Positions 52,591 through 64,000 of a stretch of DNA of 64,000 nucleotides are shown piece by piece. The stretch spans positions 14,612-78,611 of the forward strand of contig MHKF01000013.1 in the NCBI GenBank assembly GCA_001818315.1, in the 5' to 3' direction. Made by a program: the position numbers and the translations under genes. The notes under the pieces were generated by a model. That model searched no databases, was not told where the DNA came from, and worked only from the letters and a program-made list of their open reading frames with translations. The stretch comes from Candidatus Kerfeldbacteria bacterium RIFCSPLOWO2_02_FULL_42_19. Lineage in GTDB: Bacteria > Patescibacteriota > Patescibacteriia > HO2-48-17. How positions within the stretch are numbered: position 1 is the first letter of the stretch; each line of letters opens with the position of its first letter.

Positions 52591-52812
52591 CTACTCGATG
52601 GCGCCGAGCCCACGGACATTGCCGAGTTGATGCCAGCGGGCCAAATCCCGCCCCTTCTGCTTGAGCTCCTCGATACGGTCTGTTCGCCCTTGCACAGAAA
52701 GTACCGCGCCTTCGCGGACCTGTCTGGGTGAGAGGACTGCTTTGTAAGAGGGACGACTTCCATACCCCTCTTGCACAATATGCAAGGAGATTGGGACGAC
52801 TCCAAGATTCAT
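52591..52812 (-). CDS. Small hypothetical protein, antisense, within the suf cluster
   Basis: 73 aa with GGAGGAG RBS. TTGACA upstream at about 52923-52928. Confidence 0.5.
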   Translation of the reverse strand: MNLGVVPISLHIVQEGYGSRPSYKAVLSPRQVREGAVLSVQGRTDRIEELKQKGRDLARWHQLGNVRGLGAIE

Positions 52813-52987
52813 TTCTTACTCCTCCAAAAAATCGTCTAGGTCTTCCCTTCCTCCGCAAGAGGAATTACCATAATATAGAGGAAGACCGCCATGCCACCGA
52901 AATTACCTGAAAGATTCTCATTTGTCAATACATTTTGACGGAAGTCTATCTTTTTAGCTTACTTACAAGTAAAATATTCTTCATCCT

Positions 52988-53308
52988 ATGCAAAAAATTC
53001 TCATTGGCACGACGCGCGAATTTGCAAAATATCCCACCAAACGTTACTCAGTCAAAGGACACGATATTTTGGTAAGTCACGTTGGCGACAAATTTTTTGC
53101 TACGGACGCGCTTTGTACTCATGAAGAAGTATCGCTTTCCGAAGGCACCCTCGAAGGGCCGATCATCACCTGCGCAGCGCACGGCGCGCAATTTGATGTA
53201 CGTACCGGTGAAGCGCAACGTTTCCCGGCAGTCGAAGGGCTCCGAACATATCCACTTGTCGTCGAAGGAGAACATATTTACATCCTCTTCGAAGCTGCAG
53301 AGAAGTAA
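52988..53308 (+). CDS. Rieske [2Fe-2S] ferredoxin
   Basis: CTH...C.AHGAQFD..TG. Confidence 0.93.
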   Translation: MQKILIGTTREFAKYPTKRYSVKGHDILVSHVGDKFFATDALCTHEEVSLSEGTLEGPIITCAAHGAQFDVRTGEAQRFPAVEGLRTYPLVVEGEHIYILFEAAEK

Positions 53309-53363
53309 TGTATATGCGCAGGCATTTTTCAAATCTCACATCATACTCTCTTAGCCATCAAAT

Positions 53364-54584
53364 ATGACATCACAACTTACCGATATCAAAAAACAATTTC
53401 CTATTTTCCAGAATCACCCAAAACTTGTATATCTCGATAATGCTTCCACAACGCAAAAGCCACAGCGCGTCATCGATGCGCTCAATCATTTTTACACGCA
53501 TGCGAATGCGAATGTTCATCGCGGAGTATACAAACTCAGTGAAACTGCCACTGAACTTTTTGAACGCACACGCGATACGATCGCGAAATTTATTAACGCG
53601 CGTCATCCGCACGAAATTATTTTTACGAAAGGCACAACTGAAAGCATTAACGCGATTGCATATACATGGGGTGAGCAAAATATCACCGCAGGGAATGAGA
53701 TTGTTGTGAGTTTACTCGAACATCATTCCAACTTCGTACCTTGGCAACAGCTTGCGCACCGCAAAAAAGCAGTATTCAAAGTTATCCCGCTTACTGATGA
53801 AGGACTGATCACACAAGCGGCTCTTCGAGCAACTATCACGGAACGCACGAAGTTGGTCGCTGTGACCTATGTCTCTAATGTGTTAGGTATTATGCCACCG
53901 CTGGAACAGATTATTGGACAGGCGCATAAAGTTGGCGCGAAAGTTCTTGTTGATGCAGCTCAAGCGGTCGCGCATCTTCCTGTTGATGTGCAGAAACTCG
54001 ACTGCGATTGGCTTGTGTTTTCCGGTCACAAAATGTATGGGCCCACGGGAGTCGGTGTGTTGTACGGTAAAGAAGCGTTGTTAGAATCTATGCCACCGTT
54101 TTTGTACGGCGGAGGCATGATCGATGAAGTGCAAATTCAAGATACAAGCTTCGCACGGTTGCCAGAAAAGTTTGAAGGTGGCACTCCGCCAATTGCGGAA
54201 ATTGTCGCATTGCATGATGCAGTGCATTTCTTACAAACGTTGGAAATGCACGAAATCCAATCGCATGAGAAAATTTTACTTCAAAAAGCATTCAAGGCTC
54301 TGCAAAAAATTCCACATATCCAAATTCATGGCCCGCACAATACTAAACATTGTTTGGGAGTCATATCGTTCCAAATAGAAGGCATCCATGCCCATGACGT
54401 TGCAACGCTCGCCGACGAAAAAGACGTTGCACTCCGCGTTGGACATCACTGCGCACAACCTCTTATGCAGCATTTACGCGTTCCTTCTACGTGCCGCGTG
54501 AGTTTCGGCGTTTACAACAACGAACATGATATTGAAATACTCTGTGAGGCGCTTCGTTATGCGAAAACAGTATTTCATCTCTAA
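53364..54584 (+). CDS. sufS: Cysteine desulfurase SufS
   Basis: YLDNASTTQKP, ANVHRG, EHHSN, FSGHKMYGP, RVGHHCAQP. Confidence 0.97.
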   Translation: MTSQLTDIKKQFPIFQNHPKLVYLDNASTTQKPQRVIDALNHFYTHANANVHRGVYKLSETATELFERTRDTIAKFINARHPHEIIFTKGTTESINAIAYTWGEQNITAGNEIVVSLLEHHSNFVPWQQLAHRKKAVFKVIPLTDEGLITQAALRATITERTKLVAVTYVSNVLGIMPPLEQIIGQAHKVGAKVLVDAAQAVAHLPVDVQKLDCDWLVFSGHKMYGPTGVGVLYGKEALLESMPPFLYGGGMIDEVQIQDTSFARLPEKFEGGTPPIAEIVALHDAVHFLQTLEMHEIQSHEKILLQKAFKALQKIPHIQIHGPHNTKHCLGVISFQIEGIHAHDVATLADEKDVALRVGHHCAQPLMQHLRVPSTCRVSFGVYNNEHDIEILCEALRYAKTVFHL

Positions 54585-54614
54585 AAATTTCAATTGCATT
54601 TCTCATGAACATCT

Positions 54615-55001
54615 ATGCATAATCTCTATCGCGAATACATTCTGGAACATTATAAACACCCGCAAAATTTTGGTCATCTTCACAAAAAAGACATCTCTGT
54701 TGATGAACGCAATTCGACGTGTGGCGATACACTTCATCTGGAAATTCGCTTTAACACACAAGGGAGTGTAGAGGATATTGCGTTCACGGGCGATGGATGC
54801 GCGATCAGCCGCGCATCTACATCGCTCCTTACCGAAGCGGTTAAGCAAAAAACAAAAAAAGAAATCGCGCAACTCACGCACAAAGAAGTGTATGATTTGT
54901 TGGGCGTGCCTATCAGTCCAGGCCGAGCACAGTGTGCATTGCTTCCGCTTCAGGCACTCAGAAAAGTTTTGCAAGTTGACCCTCAAAGGAAAAAACTATG
55001 A
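54615..55001 (+). CDS. sufU: SufU/NifU-N Fe-S scaffold or sulfur-transfer protein
   Basis: ILEHYKHPQN.G, N.TCGD, GCAIS.AS, R..CALL. Confidence 0.92.
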   Translation: MHNLYREYILEHYKHPQNFGHLHKKDISVDERNSTCGDTLHLEIRFNTQGSVEDIAFTGDGCAISRASTSLLTEAVKQKTKKEIAQLTHKEVYDLLGVPISPGRAQCALLPLQALRKVLQVDPQRKKL

Positions 55002-55318
55002 ATACCCCAAAGAAAAAAATTCAGGAGATCAAAAATCAACTCAAACAGGTTTTGGATCCGGAATTAAAAGTGAATATTGTTGATCTTGGACTCGTGTATA
55101 ATATTGCTTATGACCTTGCGCAACGCAAAGTGCATATCCAAATGACGCTCACGACGATCGGCTGTCCTTTGGGTCCTATGATTGAAAAAGAAGTCAAAGA
55201 AAAACTTAAAGATATTGAGGGTATCAAAGAAATTGAAGTTGAACTTGTCTGGGAACCGGCGTGGAATCAAAATATGATCACAGAAGAGGGGAAACAACAA
55301 CTTAAATTCGGTTGGTAA
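54998..55318 (+). CDS. DUF59 / SufT Fe-S maturation factor
   Basis: V.DPEL..NIVDLGLVY, MTLTT.GCP, LVWEPAW. Confidence 0.92.
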   Translation: MNTPKKKIQEIKNQLKQVLDPELKVNIVDLGLVYNIAYDLAQRKVHIQMTLTTIGCPLGPMIEKEVKEKLKDIEGIKEIEVELVWEPAWNQNMITEEGKQQLKFGW

Positions 55319-55377
55319 ACAGGCCCCTTACCCTGTTCCAAAAACGTAAATACGCCGCGCTTCCTATGCGCGGCGAC

Positions 55378-56322
55378 TTATATAACACCAAAAAGTTTCA
55401 CAGTAAACACGATGTACAATAAAATGTAGAATAATCCCTCCCAAATATGGAGACGCTTCGAAATACCGGAAATAGCAAAAAGGAGAGTCGTAATAATGAG
55501 TACTGGCAATCCGATCGCGTAGGTCTTTTCGTCGACATTTAAATCGGCGAAAAGACCTGGGATACCCACAACGACAAAAGCATTGAAAACATTCGAACCA
55601 AAAATATTTCCGAGGGCAATATCTGCCTTTTTTTGTAAACCTGCTTTGACTGAAACTGCGAGTTCTGGTAGCGATGTGCCGGCCGCTACCGCTGTCACCG
55701 TAATAACACCCGTGGCTATATTAAGTAGAGTAGAAAGTTCGATCACCGATCGCACCAAAAATTTGGCGCCGAGGATTAAAGCAGCAAAACCCAATATCAG
55801 AATGACGATATCGAGCGCACGGATCTGCGGGCGTTTGGATTTTTGATTTTTTAGTTCATCCGAATTTTGATCATCATGATACAGGACTGTATACGCAAGA
55901 TAAATCCCGTATCCAACGAGAAGCAAAATCGCTTCTGCAAAATTTACTTGTTTATCATAACTCATCAGAATCAAAAAAACGGTGCTGATAAAAATCAATG
56001 GGATGTCAAGATCAACAATATCTTTCGTGACCGCAAGTTTTTTTGCAACGACCGCAGATGCACCTGCGATAATGAGAATATTAAAAAGATTTGAACCAAC
56101 GGCATTGGCTACAGGAACGTCCAGTGCACCTTCGAAAACTGCAATGAGTGAAGACGCAAGTTCTGGTAGTGATGTTCCTGCACCAACGATAGTAACTCCT
56201 ACAATAAAAGGAGTGAGTCCTAACGCCAGACCTATCTTTTCGCTACTCGTCAGCAGCCAATCTGCGCCTTTCACTATGGCGGCAAGTGAAAAAAGGAACA
56301 CGATGATCCAAAAAATGAGCAT
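55378..56322 (-). CDS. Calcium/sodium antiporter (YrbG/CaCA)
   Basis: Duplicated GTSLPELA...GN..GSN.FN alpha-repeats. Confidence 0.95.
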   Translation of the reverse strand: MLIFWIIVFLFSLAAIVKGADWLLTSSEKIGLALGLTPFIVGVTIVGAGTSLPELASSLIAVFEGALDVPVANAVGSNLFNILIIAGASAVVAKKLAVTKDIVDLDIPLIFISTVFLILMSYDKQVNFAEAILLLVGYGIYLAYTVLYHDDQNSDELKNQKSKRPQIRALDIVILILGFAALILGAKFLVRSVIELSTLLNIATGVITVTAVAAGTSLPELAVSVKAGLQKKADIALGNIFGSNVFNAFVVVGIPGLFADLNVDEKTYAIGLPVLIITTLLFAISGISKRLHIWEGLFYILLYIVFTVKLFGVI

Positions 56323-56352
56323 ATTTTGTTTTTAAATTTTATATTCGATCGG

Positions 56353-56424
56353 TGGCTGGGGGCAGGATCGAACTGCCGACGCCAGGATTTTCAGTCCTGC
56401 GCTCTACCACTGAGCTACCCAGCC
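56353..56424 (-). tRNA. tRNA-Phe(GAA)
   Basis: GGCTGGG/CCCAGCC acceptor, CAGGA-CTGAAAA-TCCTG arm. Confidence 0.95.
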
Positions 56425-56431
56425 AAGCGCG

Positions 56432-56505
56432 TGGGCATACCTGGAGTTGAACCAGGGACCTCAGTCTTATCAGGACTGCGCTCTAACCAACTGAGCTATA
56501 TGCCC
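56432..56505 (-). tRNA. tRNA-Ile(GAT)
   Basis: GGGCATA/TATGCCC acceptor, CAGTC-CTGATAA-GACTG arm. Confidence 0.95.
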
Positions 56506-56726
56506 GAGAGTACACTCAAAGTAACAAAAAAAATATATTTTGTAAACGATCAGAAAAAGAGCCTTCCGGCTCTTTTTCTTTTTTTTATCAACTGAAAGTG
56601 ATAGAATCCTTTTCCCAATAATGGGTTCAAACATCGATTCATTCCATCAATGAAGTAAACTTGCATTGATGTCGACCACGACTTGTAAGCATACTTCGAG
56701 AGTATGCTCCAAGTATTACTCCTTAG

Positions 56727-58730
<2,004 letters not shown>

Positions 58731-58949
58731 AAGCATAACCTTTGAGATTATGCTCAATACACCAGAATATCCTTAAGCATTGCTTAAGGAGAATTGACGT
58801 TTGAAATTTTGAATCTTTAATGGTGCACTTAAAGATCCACCGTACAAAAATGTACGGAGATTCTATCACGTTTCAATTGACAAAGTCCGAGCATTTTGCC
58901 CACAACAACAACTCAAAATCAAGCGGTCATCATTTTCGAGAGTAACTCT

Positions 58950-58978
58950 ATAATAATGTGAAAGGCTGTGCATGTCAA
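58950..58978 (-). promoter_or_regulatory. rRNA promoter
   Basis: TTGACA-17 bp-TATTAT. A complementary processing-stem pair flanks the 16S gene (about 58860-58880 and about 56589-56610). Confidence 0.7.
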
Positions 58979-59119
58979 GGAAAAATGGAAGGTAAAAAGC
59001 GAAGGGGTCGCTGCACCTGCGGAGGTGAATGCAACAACTCTCTTCGCTTCTTTTCTTCGTAACAAAATTACGATGTACAATCAAGTTGTGTGTTTGTTGT
59101 CGAAGGTGCGGGAGATTCT

Positions 59120-59593
59120 TCAGCGCACGTGTGTTCTCTGAAAGAAGAGCTTCGCACGGAGACGGAGAACGTCATCAAGCGCAATGAACGTGGGTGCGAA
59201 TATGCTCAGCGCGGTCGTGAGTGCTACAGAAATCACGAACACTAAAGGTATGCGCGTTTCCTTATGCAACAAGCCGATAATAATAACCTCTGCGATAGCC
59301 GCGAGGATTACTGGTAGACCTGCGGGCATGAGAGCGAGTAAAATCAGTGGCCAATTCTGCTGGGCTTCTTCCTTCATGAGATACATCGGCGCCGAAAGTC
59401 CGCATGCGACGAAAGCTGAGAGTGTAATGCTTGCAACGTGCAAATTCCCGAGCGCAAGCGCAAGCACACTCGATACGCTGCAGAATAGTACTGTTGCGTA
59501 CAAAGTCAGAGTCGGCCTGCTTTTGTAGAAGCAAAAAAAGATCGTGAGTATCAATGCGGTCGTGACTGCCGCTGTGCTTATCATGAAAATCAT
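59120..59593 (-). CDS. Hypothetical multi-TM protein
   Basis: About five hydrophobic helices; AGGAGG RBS. Confidence 0.6.
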   Translation of the reverse strand: MIFMISTAAVTTALILTIFFCFYKSRPTLTLYATVLFCSVSSVLALALGNLHVASITLSAFVACGLSAPMYLMKEEAQQNWPLILLALMPAGLPVILAAIAEVIIIGLLHKETRIPLVFVISVALTTALSIFAPTFIALDDVLRLRAKLFFQRTHVR

Positions 59594-59716
59594 GATGCAC
59601 CTCCTTTCTCGAAAATGGATAGAAACGAAAACCCTTCAACGAACTTTGATACCGTCGCAATGTTGTTACGACCCTGTTGCTCAATGCCATTACTATTATC
59701 ATTTAATTCCGTGACA

Positions 59717-59739
59717 AAAGCGCATTCGTCGACAGTCCT
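59717..59739. repeat. Solo MITE end
   Basis: AAAGCGCATTCGTCGACAGTCC, just after the trmD stop. Confidence 0.6.
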
Positions 59740-59748
59740 GTTACGAAA

Positions 59749-60408
59749 TCACCCTACGATTCGTTTTCTTTTTGCAGCGCGCCATGTGGCGATTTTTTTG
59801 TGATCTCCTGAAAGCAACACTTTTGGTACTTTCAAGTTCTCCCAGACCGCTGGACGAGTGTACTGTGGATACTCCAAAAAACCCTCTTCCGAAAATGACT
59901 CGTCTTGCGTCGACTCGTTTTTTCCTAATACACCAGGGATAAGCCTCGTTACTGCATCAAGAATAATCAGTGCTGGAAGTTCTCCTCCGGTGAGGACATA
60001 GTGCCCGATAGAAATTTCTTCGTCAACAAACTTTACGACACGTTCATCAACGCCTTCGTAATGGCCGCATATTAAAATCAGTTGATGATATTTTGAAAGT
60101 GTCTGTGCTTTTTTTTGTGTGAATATTTTTCCACGAGCCGAGAGCAAAATCACTCGCGAAGATTTTTTCCTTGGCACAGCACGAAGCGCGCATGCGATCG
60201 GCTCCACTTTCATTACCATTCCTGGTCCGCCGCCGTACGGAGTATCATCAACGATTTTGTGTTTATCGAACGCAAAGTCTCGAATGTTATGAACGTAAAA
60301 ACGCACAAGTTTTTTTGCTTGCGCACGTTTCATGATGCTTTCATCAAGATAAGAATCAAAAATATTTGGAAATATCGTGAGGAGATCAAAACGTTTGAAT
60401 GTTGGCAT
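59749..60408 (-). CDS. trmD: tRNA (guanine37-N1)-methyltransferase
   Basis: VDDTPYGGGPGMVM, CGHYEGVDER, YVLTGGELP, EYPQYTRP, LLSGDH. Confidence 0.98.
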   Translation of the reverse strand: MPTFKRFDLLTIFPNIFDSYLDESIMKRAQAKKLVRFYVHNIRDFAFDKHKIVDDTPYGGGPGMVMKVEPIACALRAVPRKKSSRVILLSARGKIFTQKKAQTLSKYHQLILICGHYEGVDERVVKFVDEEISIGHYVLTGGELPALIILDAVTRLIPGVLGKNESTQDESFSEEGFLEYPQYTRPAVWENLKVPKVLLSGDHKKIATWRAAKRKRIVG

Positions 60409-60526
60409 AAATGAAAGTATACAATCTCATTGACGGCTAGAGCTTAACTTAAAAATTTTAGATGAATTCTAACCAAAATCCCCCAGAAATGGGGGAGTTT
60501 GGATTTTTTGAGAACGATGCGAAATT

Positions 60527-60859
60527 TTAAAGTTTCAGATCGTCCATTCCACTTTCATCCATTCCTGCGCTTTCATGAGAAGATGGACGATTACCGCCCT
60601 TACGATCTCCTTCTGGTTCGAGAATCTTGAGATTCACTCGAGCTTGGTGTTTGGCACCAACGACACGGAGGAGAGTTCTGATGGCTTTGGCTGTTTGACC
60701 TTGCCGACCAATCACTTGACCTAAGTCAGTCGGATTCACTTTCAGGGTGATGAGTACACCCATTTCATCGACCGTACGGACTGCTTCAACGGCGTCAGGA
60801 TTATCTACGATCGATTTCACAACGTAATCAACGAATTCCTGATCTTTGTATTGAGACAT
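60527..60859 (-). CDS. khpA: KH-domain RNA-binding protein KhpA (YlqC)
   Basis: IVDNPD.V, D.G.VIGRQG.TAKAIRTLL; located between rpsP and trmD. Confidence 0.9.
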   Translation of the reverse strand: MSQYKDQEFVDYVVKSIVDNPDAVEAVRTVDEMGVLITLKVNPTDLGQVIGRQGQTAKAIRTLLRVVGAKHQARVNLKILEPEGDRKGGNRPSSHESAGMDESGMDDLKL

Positions 60860-61068
60860 AAGGTGGTATTAAGAGTTATATGTGTAGGTCACCCATCCGT
60901 AAGTTACCCTGACAAACGCTCTCACTTCGACCTTTACATAGTATTTCAAAAGCGTTGATTCAGGTTTTGTAAAGTACGAACGAGAGACTCAATGATTGAG
61001 ATTATACCTTATTTCTGCAAAAAGTCAAACGCGACGTTTTCGTATTTTTACGGCTGAAATAAAAAAAA

Positions 61069-61422
61069 TTATGCTTTTGTTGCCTGAGTTTCGTTCTTTG
61101 TAGTTTTGAGAGCAGGAGCGGCGCTCGCAGAAGGAGTTGTTTTAGCTGTTTTCTTTTTTGAACCTACGACACGCATTTTCTTACCCGTCAATAGACCAAA
61201 ATTTATAAAAAAATTATGCATCGTAGCTGAAGGTTTGGCGCCCTTCGAGAGCCAGTACTGAATCCGATCTTTCTTCACATGAGCAGTCTGCTGTTGATGT
61301 GGATTATAAAATCCCAAAATCTCACGCGCAGCAGAGGTCGCGGCTTGCGTTTTTTCCTGCAGAACGATACGAAATTGAGGATTGTTTCTTTTACCGATGC
61401 GCGAGAGGCGAATAGTGAGCAT
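61069..61422 (-). CDS. rpsP: 30S ribosomal protein S16
   Basis: IRLSRIG..N.P.FRIV, E.LG.YNP, YWLSKGA.PS.T. Confidence 0.97.
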   Translation of the reverse strand: MLTIRLSRIGKRNNPQFRIVLQEKTQAATSAAREILGFYNPHQQQTAHVKKDRIQYWLSKGAKPSATMHNFFINFGLLTGKKMRVVGSKKKTAKTTPSASAAPALKTTKNETQATKA

Positions 61423-61604
61423 AGAGAGTAAAATGCTGAAAAGAATAAAGAATAGTGCACAGCAACAGAACTTGTTTGATTGTATAAAAAAGAGTTGTAT
61501 TGGTCAAGGTTTGCATTCGTCGATTAACACCTGTATACGTAACGAGCCCCTTGATGCAGAGGCTCGGCTTTCAAAAGAGAGTTGAAATTGCAGTTGACTC
61601 TCGT

Positions 61605-62252
61605 TCAAATTTCCAGAAGTTCCAAGAGGTTTTCGATATTAGCGATAACGACGTCAGCTCCTGAAGCACGCAAATGAGTGTGATCAACTGTATTGCTGAT
61701 GCCAATCGCCAAAATCTTATTGCGGGTGGCGATGACCATATCGTGTGGCCCGTCACCTATGTACGCTGCTGCTCTACAGAATTCGGGCAGTGGAATGTCA
61801 ACAAATTCTGCAAATCGCTGGATGTGCTGATCTCCCTTCGGGATCTCGTCTGAACCAATAATAAGATCACAGGGAATTTCATATCCCCGAAATAGCACCT
61901 CGAGATCGGGTGTTCGAGATCCACTCGTTGCAAAGATCAAACAACCAGCCTTTTGTATCTTACAAAATGTCTCTCGAACTCCAGGAAAAAGCGGCGCCTC
62001 TGCTCCATTCGCGAGATGAAAAAAATCATGTACGAGTGTCTGAAGTTGCTGCGTCGAAAAACTGATCTTGTGTTTCTTCAAGACCTCCTCAAATTGCTGC
62101 GTAATAGGCGCCCCGGAGGTATGCAGATAATAACGCTGCGCTGCCTCAGTAGAGATTCCGAAAACTGCGACGAGGTCACTGAAGTTACGGGTATAGAGCG
62201 GCATGCGATCAAATACAACACCATCTACATCCGTAATGAGGTACTTCGTCAT
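61605..62252 (-). CDS. HAD family hydrolase
   Basis: DVDGVVFD, LFPGV, ATSGS, K, YIGDG..D, GAD.V; AGGAGG RBS. Confidence 0.9.
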   Translation of the reverse strand: MTKYLITDVDGVVFDRMPLYTRNFSDLVAVFGISTEAAQRYYLHTSGAPITQQFEEVLKKHKISFSTQQLQTLVHDFFHLANGAEAPLFPGVRETFCKIQKAGCLIFATSGSRTPDLEVLFRGYEIPCDLIIGSDEIPKGDQHIQRFAEFVDIPLPEFCRAAAYIGDGPHDMVIATRNKILAIGISNTVDHTHLRASGADVVIANIENLLELLEI

Positions 62253-62431
62253 GTCTTACCTCCTTTCCGGCATATACCGTACTTACTCTGATTGTGTTTA
62301 TCATACGAAAACAGTAGTACGATTGCTCTGATGGTAACGTAGAGACATGTGCTGAGTCAAATACATTTTTTGAACACATAGAAAATTTATGTTATTCTTC
62401 TTTCGGTTCAATTTGAACCTTCATAAAGGAC

Positions 62432-62670
62432 TTGCCTCAAGACCTATATGGACACACATGTGCAACAGCCTTGGAGATATGCGCCGAAAGCGAGTGTTAC
62501 GGTTTTGCCAGAATTGATTTCGTCCTGGACACAAAAAAGCGCCCTTATGTGCTTGAAATGAATACGATTCCAGGATTGCAGAAGGATAGTAATTTTTTTT
62601 GTGCGCCGAAGCGGCAGGGATAACGCCTGGAACGGTCTTGCTTTCTTTACTTTACCGTGCCTTGCAGTGA
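62432..62670 (+). pseudogene. D-Ala-D-Ala ligase C-terminal fragment, frameshifted
   Basis: GFARIDF...PYVLEMNTIPG...S. After a T8 run the shifted frame reads AEAAGI...LLYRAL*. Confidence 0.75.
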
Positions 62671-62897
62671 ATCCAAACGATTGATAAATTGGGGAGACCC
62701 TATGGAAAGAATCGTCTCGCAATATCAAGTTCCGCTCATCCGCCAGCGAATGACCAAAGAGGAGGGGTTCCCTACGGAAGAAGAAGCTAGAACAAACGCA
62801 TATATTTCGTATATCCTGAATCAAAATGAAAATTGCCAGAGCGAAATTTCAAATTGCGACAACAAGATTATTATGAAACAAGTCTCATAATCTCTCC

Positions 62898-64000
62898 TTA
62901 GCCCTGCGCATGAGCTAAAGTTTGTGCGTGTCTGTGCGTGAGAGCGTCTTCAAGTCTAAGACTTAAAATGCGTGAGGCTCCATTGTGACTGAGAGTCACA
63001 CCGTACAACGTATTGGCGTGATGCATAGTGACACGATTGTGTGTAATCACAATGAACTGTATTTTTTGTGAAAGCTTTTTTAGGATAGCGGCGAATGTTT
63101 CAGAATTCGCTTCATCGAGTGCAGCTTCGACTTCATCCAGTACTACGAACGGTGCGGGATTTGTTTCCAAGATCGCAGCAAGTAATGCTAAAGCAGTTAA
63201 TGCTTTTTCTCCGCCAGAGAGTGCTTGTACGTTTTTCGTCTTTTTGCCCGGCGGGATTGCGAAAATTTCGATACCTGAGATAATTTTTTTCTGTTTGTTA
63301 AGAATTTTCTGCACAAGAGGGAGATGTTCTGCATCGAGTGTGGCTTCTTGCTTTGCCTGTTCTACAAGCGCATGGCTCGTTGGATTTTCGCCCTCTCCAA
63401 AAGTCACACTAGGCACTGCATTCTCTGCAGCTTCATTTTCTTTTGCATCTTTTTCTTCGGTGACTAACTTCAACTGTGCTTCGCCTCCGCCAAACAGAAC
63501 TTTAAAATATGTATGAAAATGTTTGTCTATGAAACGGAACGATTGAGAAAATTGTTTGTGGATCGTCACATCGAGTTCTTCGATAATATGTTCCAAATCT
63601 TTAAGCGCAGTCTGCAGATCATCCAGCTGTTTTGAGAGGAATTCGTAACGCTCATGAGTATCGTTATATTCTTTCGTGATATCCGGATCAATACCGCCAA
63701 TAAGCTCGAGTTGATGCGCGAGATGCTTTATATCACTCTCGAGTTCATGAAAATTTTCGATTGTTTTCTGAAATTTTTGTGCGGCGTGGAGAGTAGCTTC
63801 CGTAAGTTCCCGACGCATTTCTTCTAGTAAGTCTTCCTTTTTTGTGAGGATGCGTGTGTGTTCTATGCGTGCAGCTTCCAATTTCTGATTGACGGCATTC
63901 AAAGCATTTTGCACATCACGCGCTTCTTGCTGCAATGCAATCAACATATCTTTTTTCTCCTGTTCTTTTGTATGGAACTTGTCGATTTCCTTATACAATT
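62898..64000 (-). CDS. smc: Chromosome segregation protein SMC, C-terminal part (runs off window)
   Basis: Coiled coil, LFGGG.A.L, PPGKK, LSGGEKALTA, PFVVLDEVEAALDEAN, ITHNR.TM. Confidence 0.95.
   Translation of the reverse strand, partial: LYKEIDKFHTKEQEKKDMLIALQQEARDVQNALNAVNQKLEAARIEHTRILTKKEDLLEEMRRELTEATLHAAQKFQKTIENFHELESDIKHLAHQLELIGGIDPDITKEYNDTHERYEFLSKQLDDLQTALKDLEHIIEELDVTIHKQFSQSFRFIDKHFHTYFKVLFGGGEAQLKLVTEEKDAKENEAAENAVPSVTFGEGENPTSHALVEQAKQEATLDAEHLPLVQKILNKQKKIISGIEIFAIPPGKKTKNVQALSGGEKALTALALLAAILETNPAPFVVLDEVEAALDEANSETFAAILKKLSQKIQFIVITHNRVTMHHANTLYGVTLSHNGASRILSLRLEDALTHRHAQTLAHAQG

Noticed and set aside
62657-62890. Small ORF after the ddl fragment (also 47919-48113)
   Set aside because: Plausible RBS, but no recognisable motif. 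Support is insufficient.

Overview
This is a bacterial chromosomal segment, most likely from a Patescibacteria/CPR (Parcubacteria-ABY1-like) genome. That call rests on divergent 16S signatures, a standalone VirD4-like ATPase, PilB, large secreted repeat proteins and housekeeping genes without Shine-Dalgarno motifs. The window holds core genes (tig, ppa, nusA, rnhB, Glu dehydrogenase, trxA/B, tsaD, ruvB, trmD, rpsP, the smc C-terminus), nine tRNAs and a complete Rrf2-regulated SUF operon. The 16S rRNA gene is unlinked from 23S. Main non-routine signals: (1) a 511-nt ORF-less group IIC-like intron in the 16S gene at about E. coli position 1397, with DV, a bulged-A DVI and a 7-bp EBS1/IBS1 match; (2) a dispersed modular fold-back MITE-like family (about 13 full or partial copies) with 5-bp TSDs, interchangeable arms and cores, and a covarying hairpin, whose ends form the C-termini of two proteins; (3) four perfect parS palindromes, two inside a TrmB-family gene; (4) a beta-barrel-like secreted ORF, an orphan FadN-like enzyme and an internally deleted fatty-acid desaturase; (5) a split between SD-less core genes and strong-SD orphan genes. 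All calls come from reading the sequence by eye. No searches were run.
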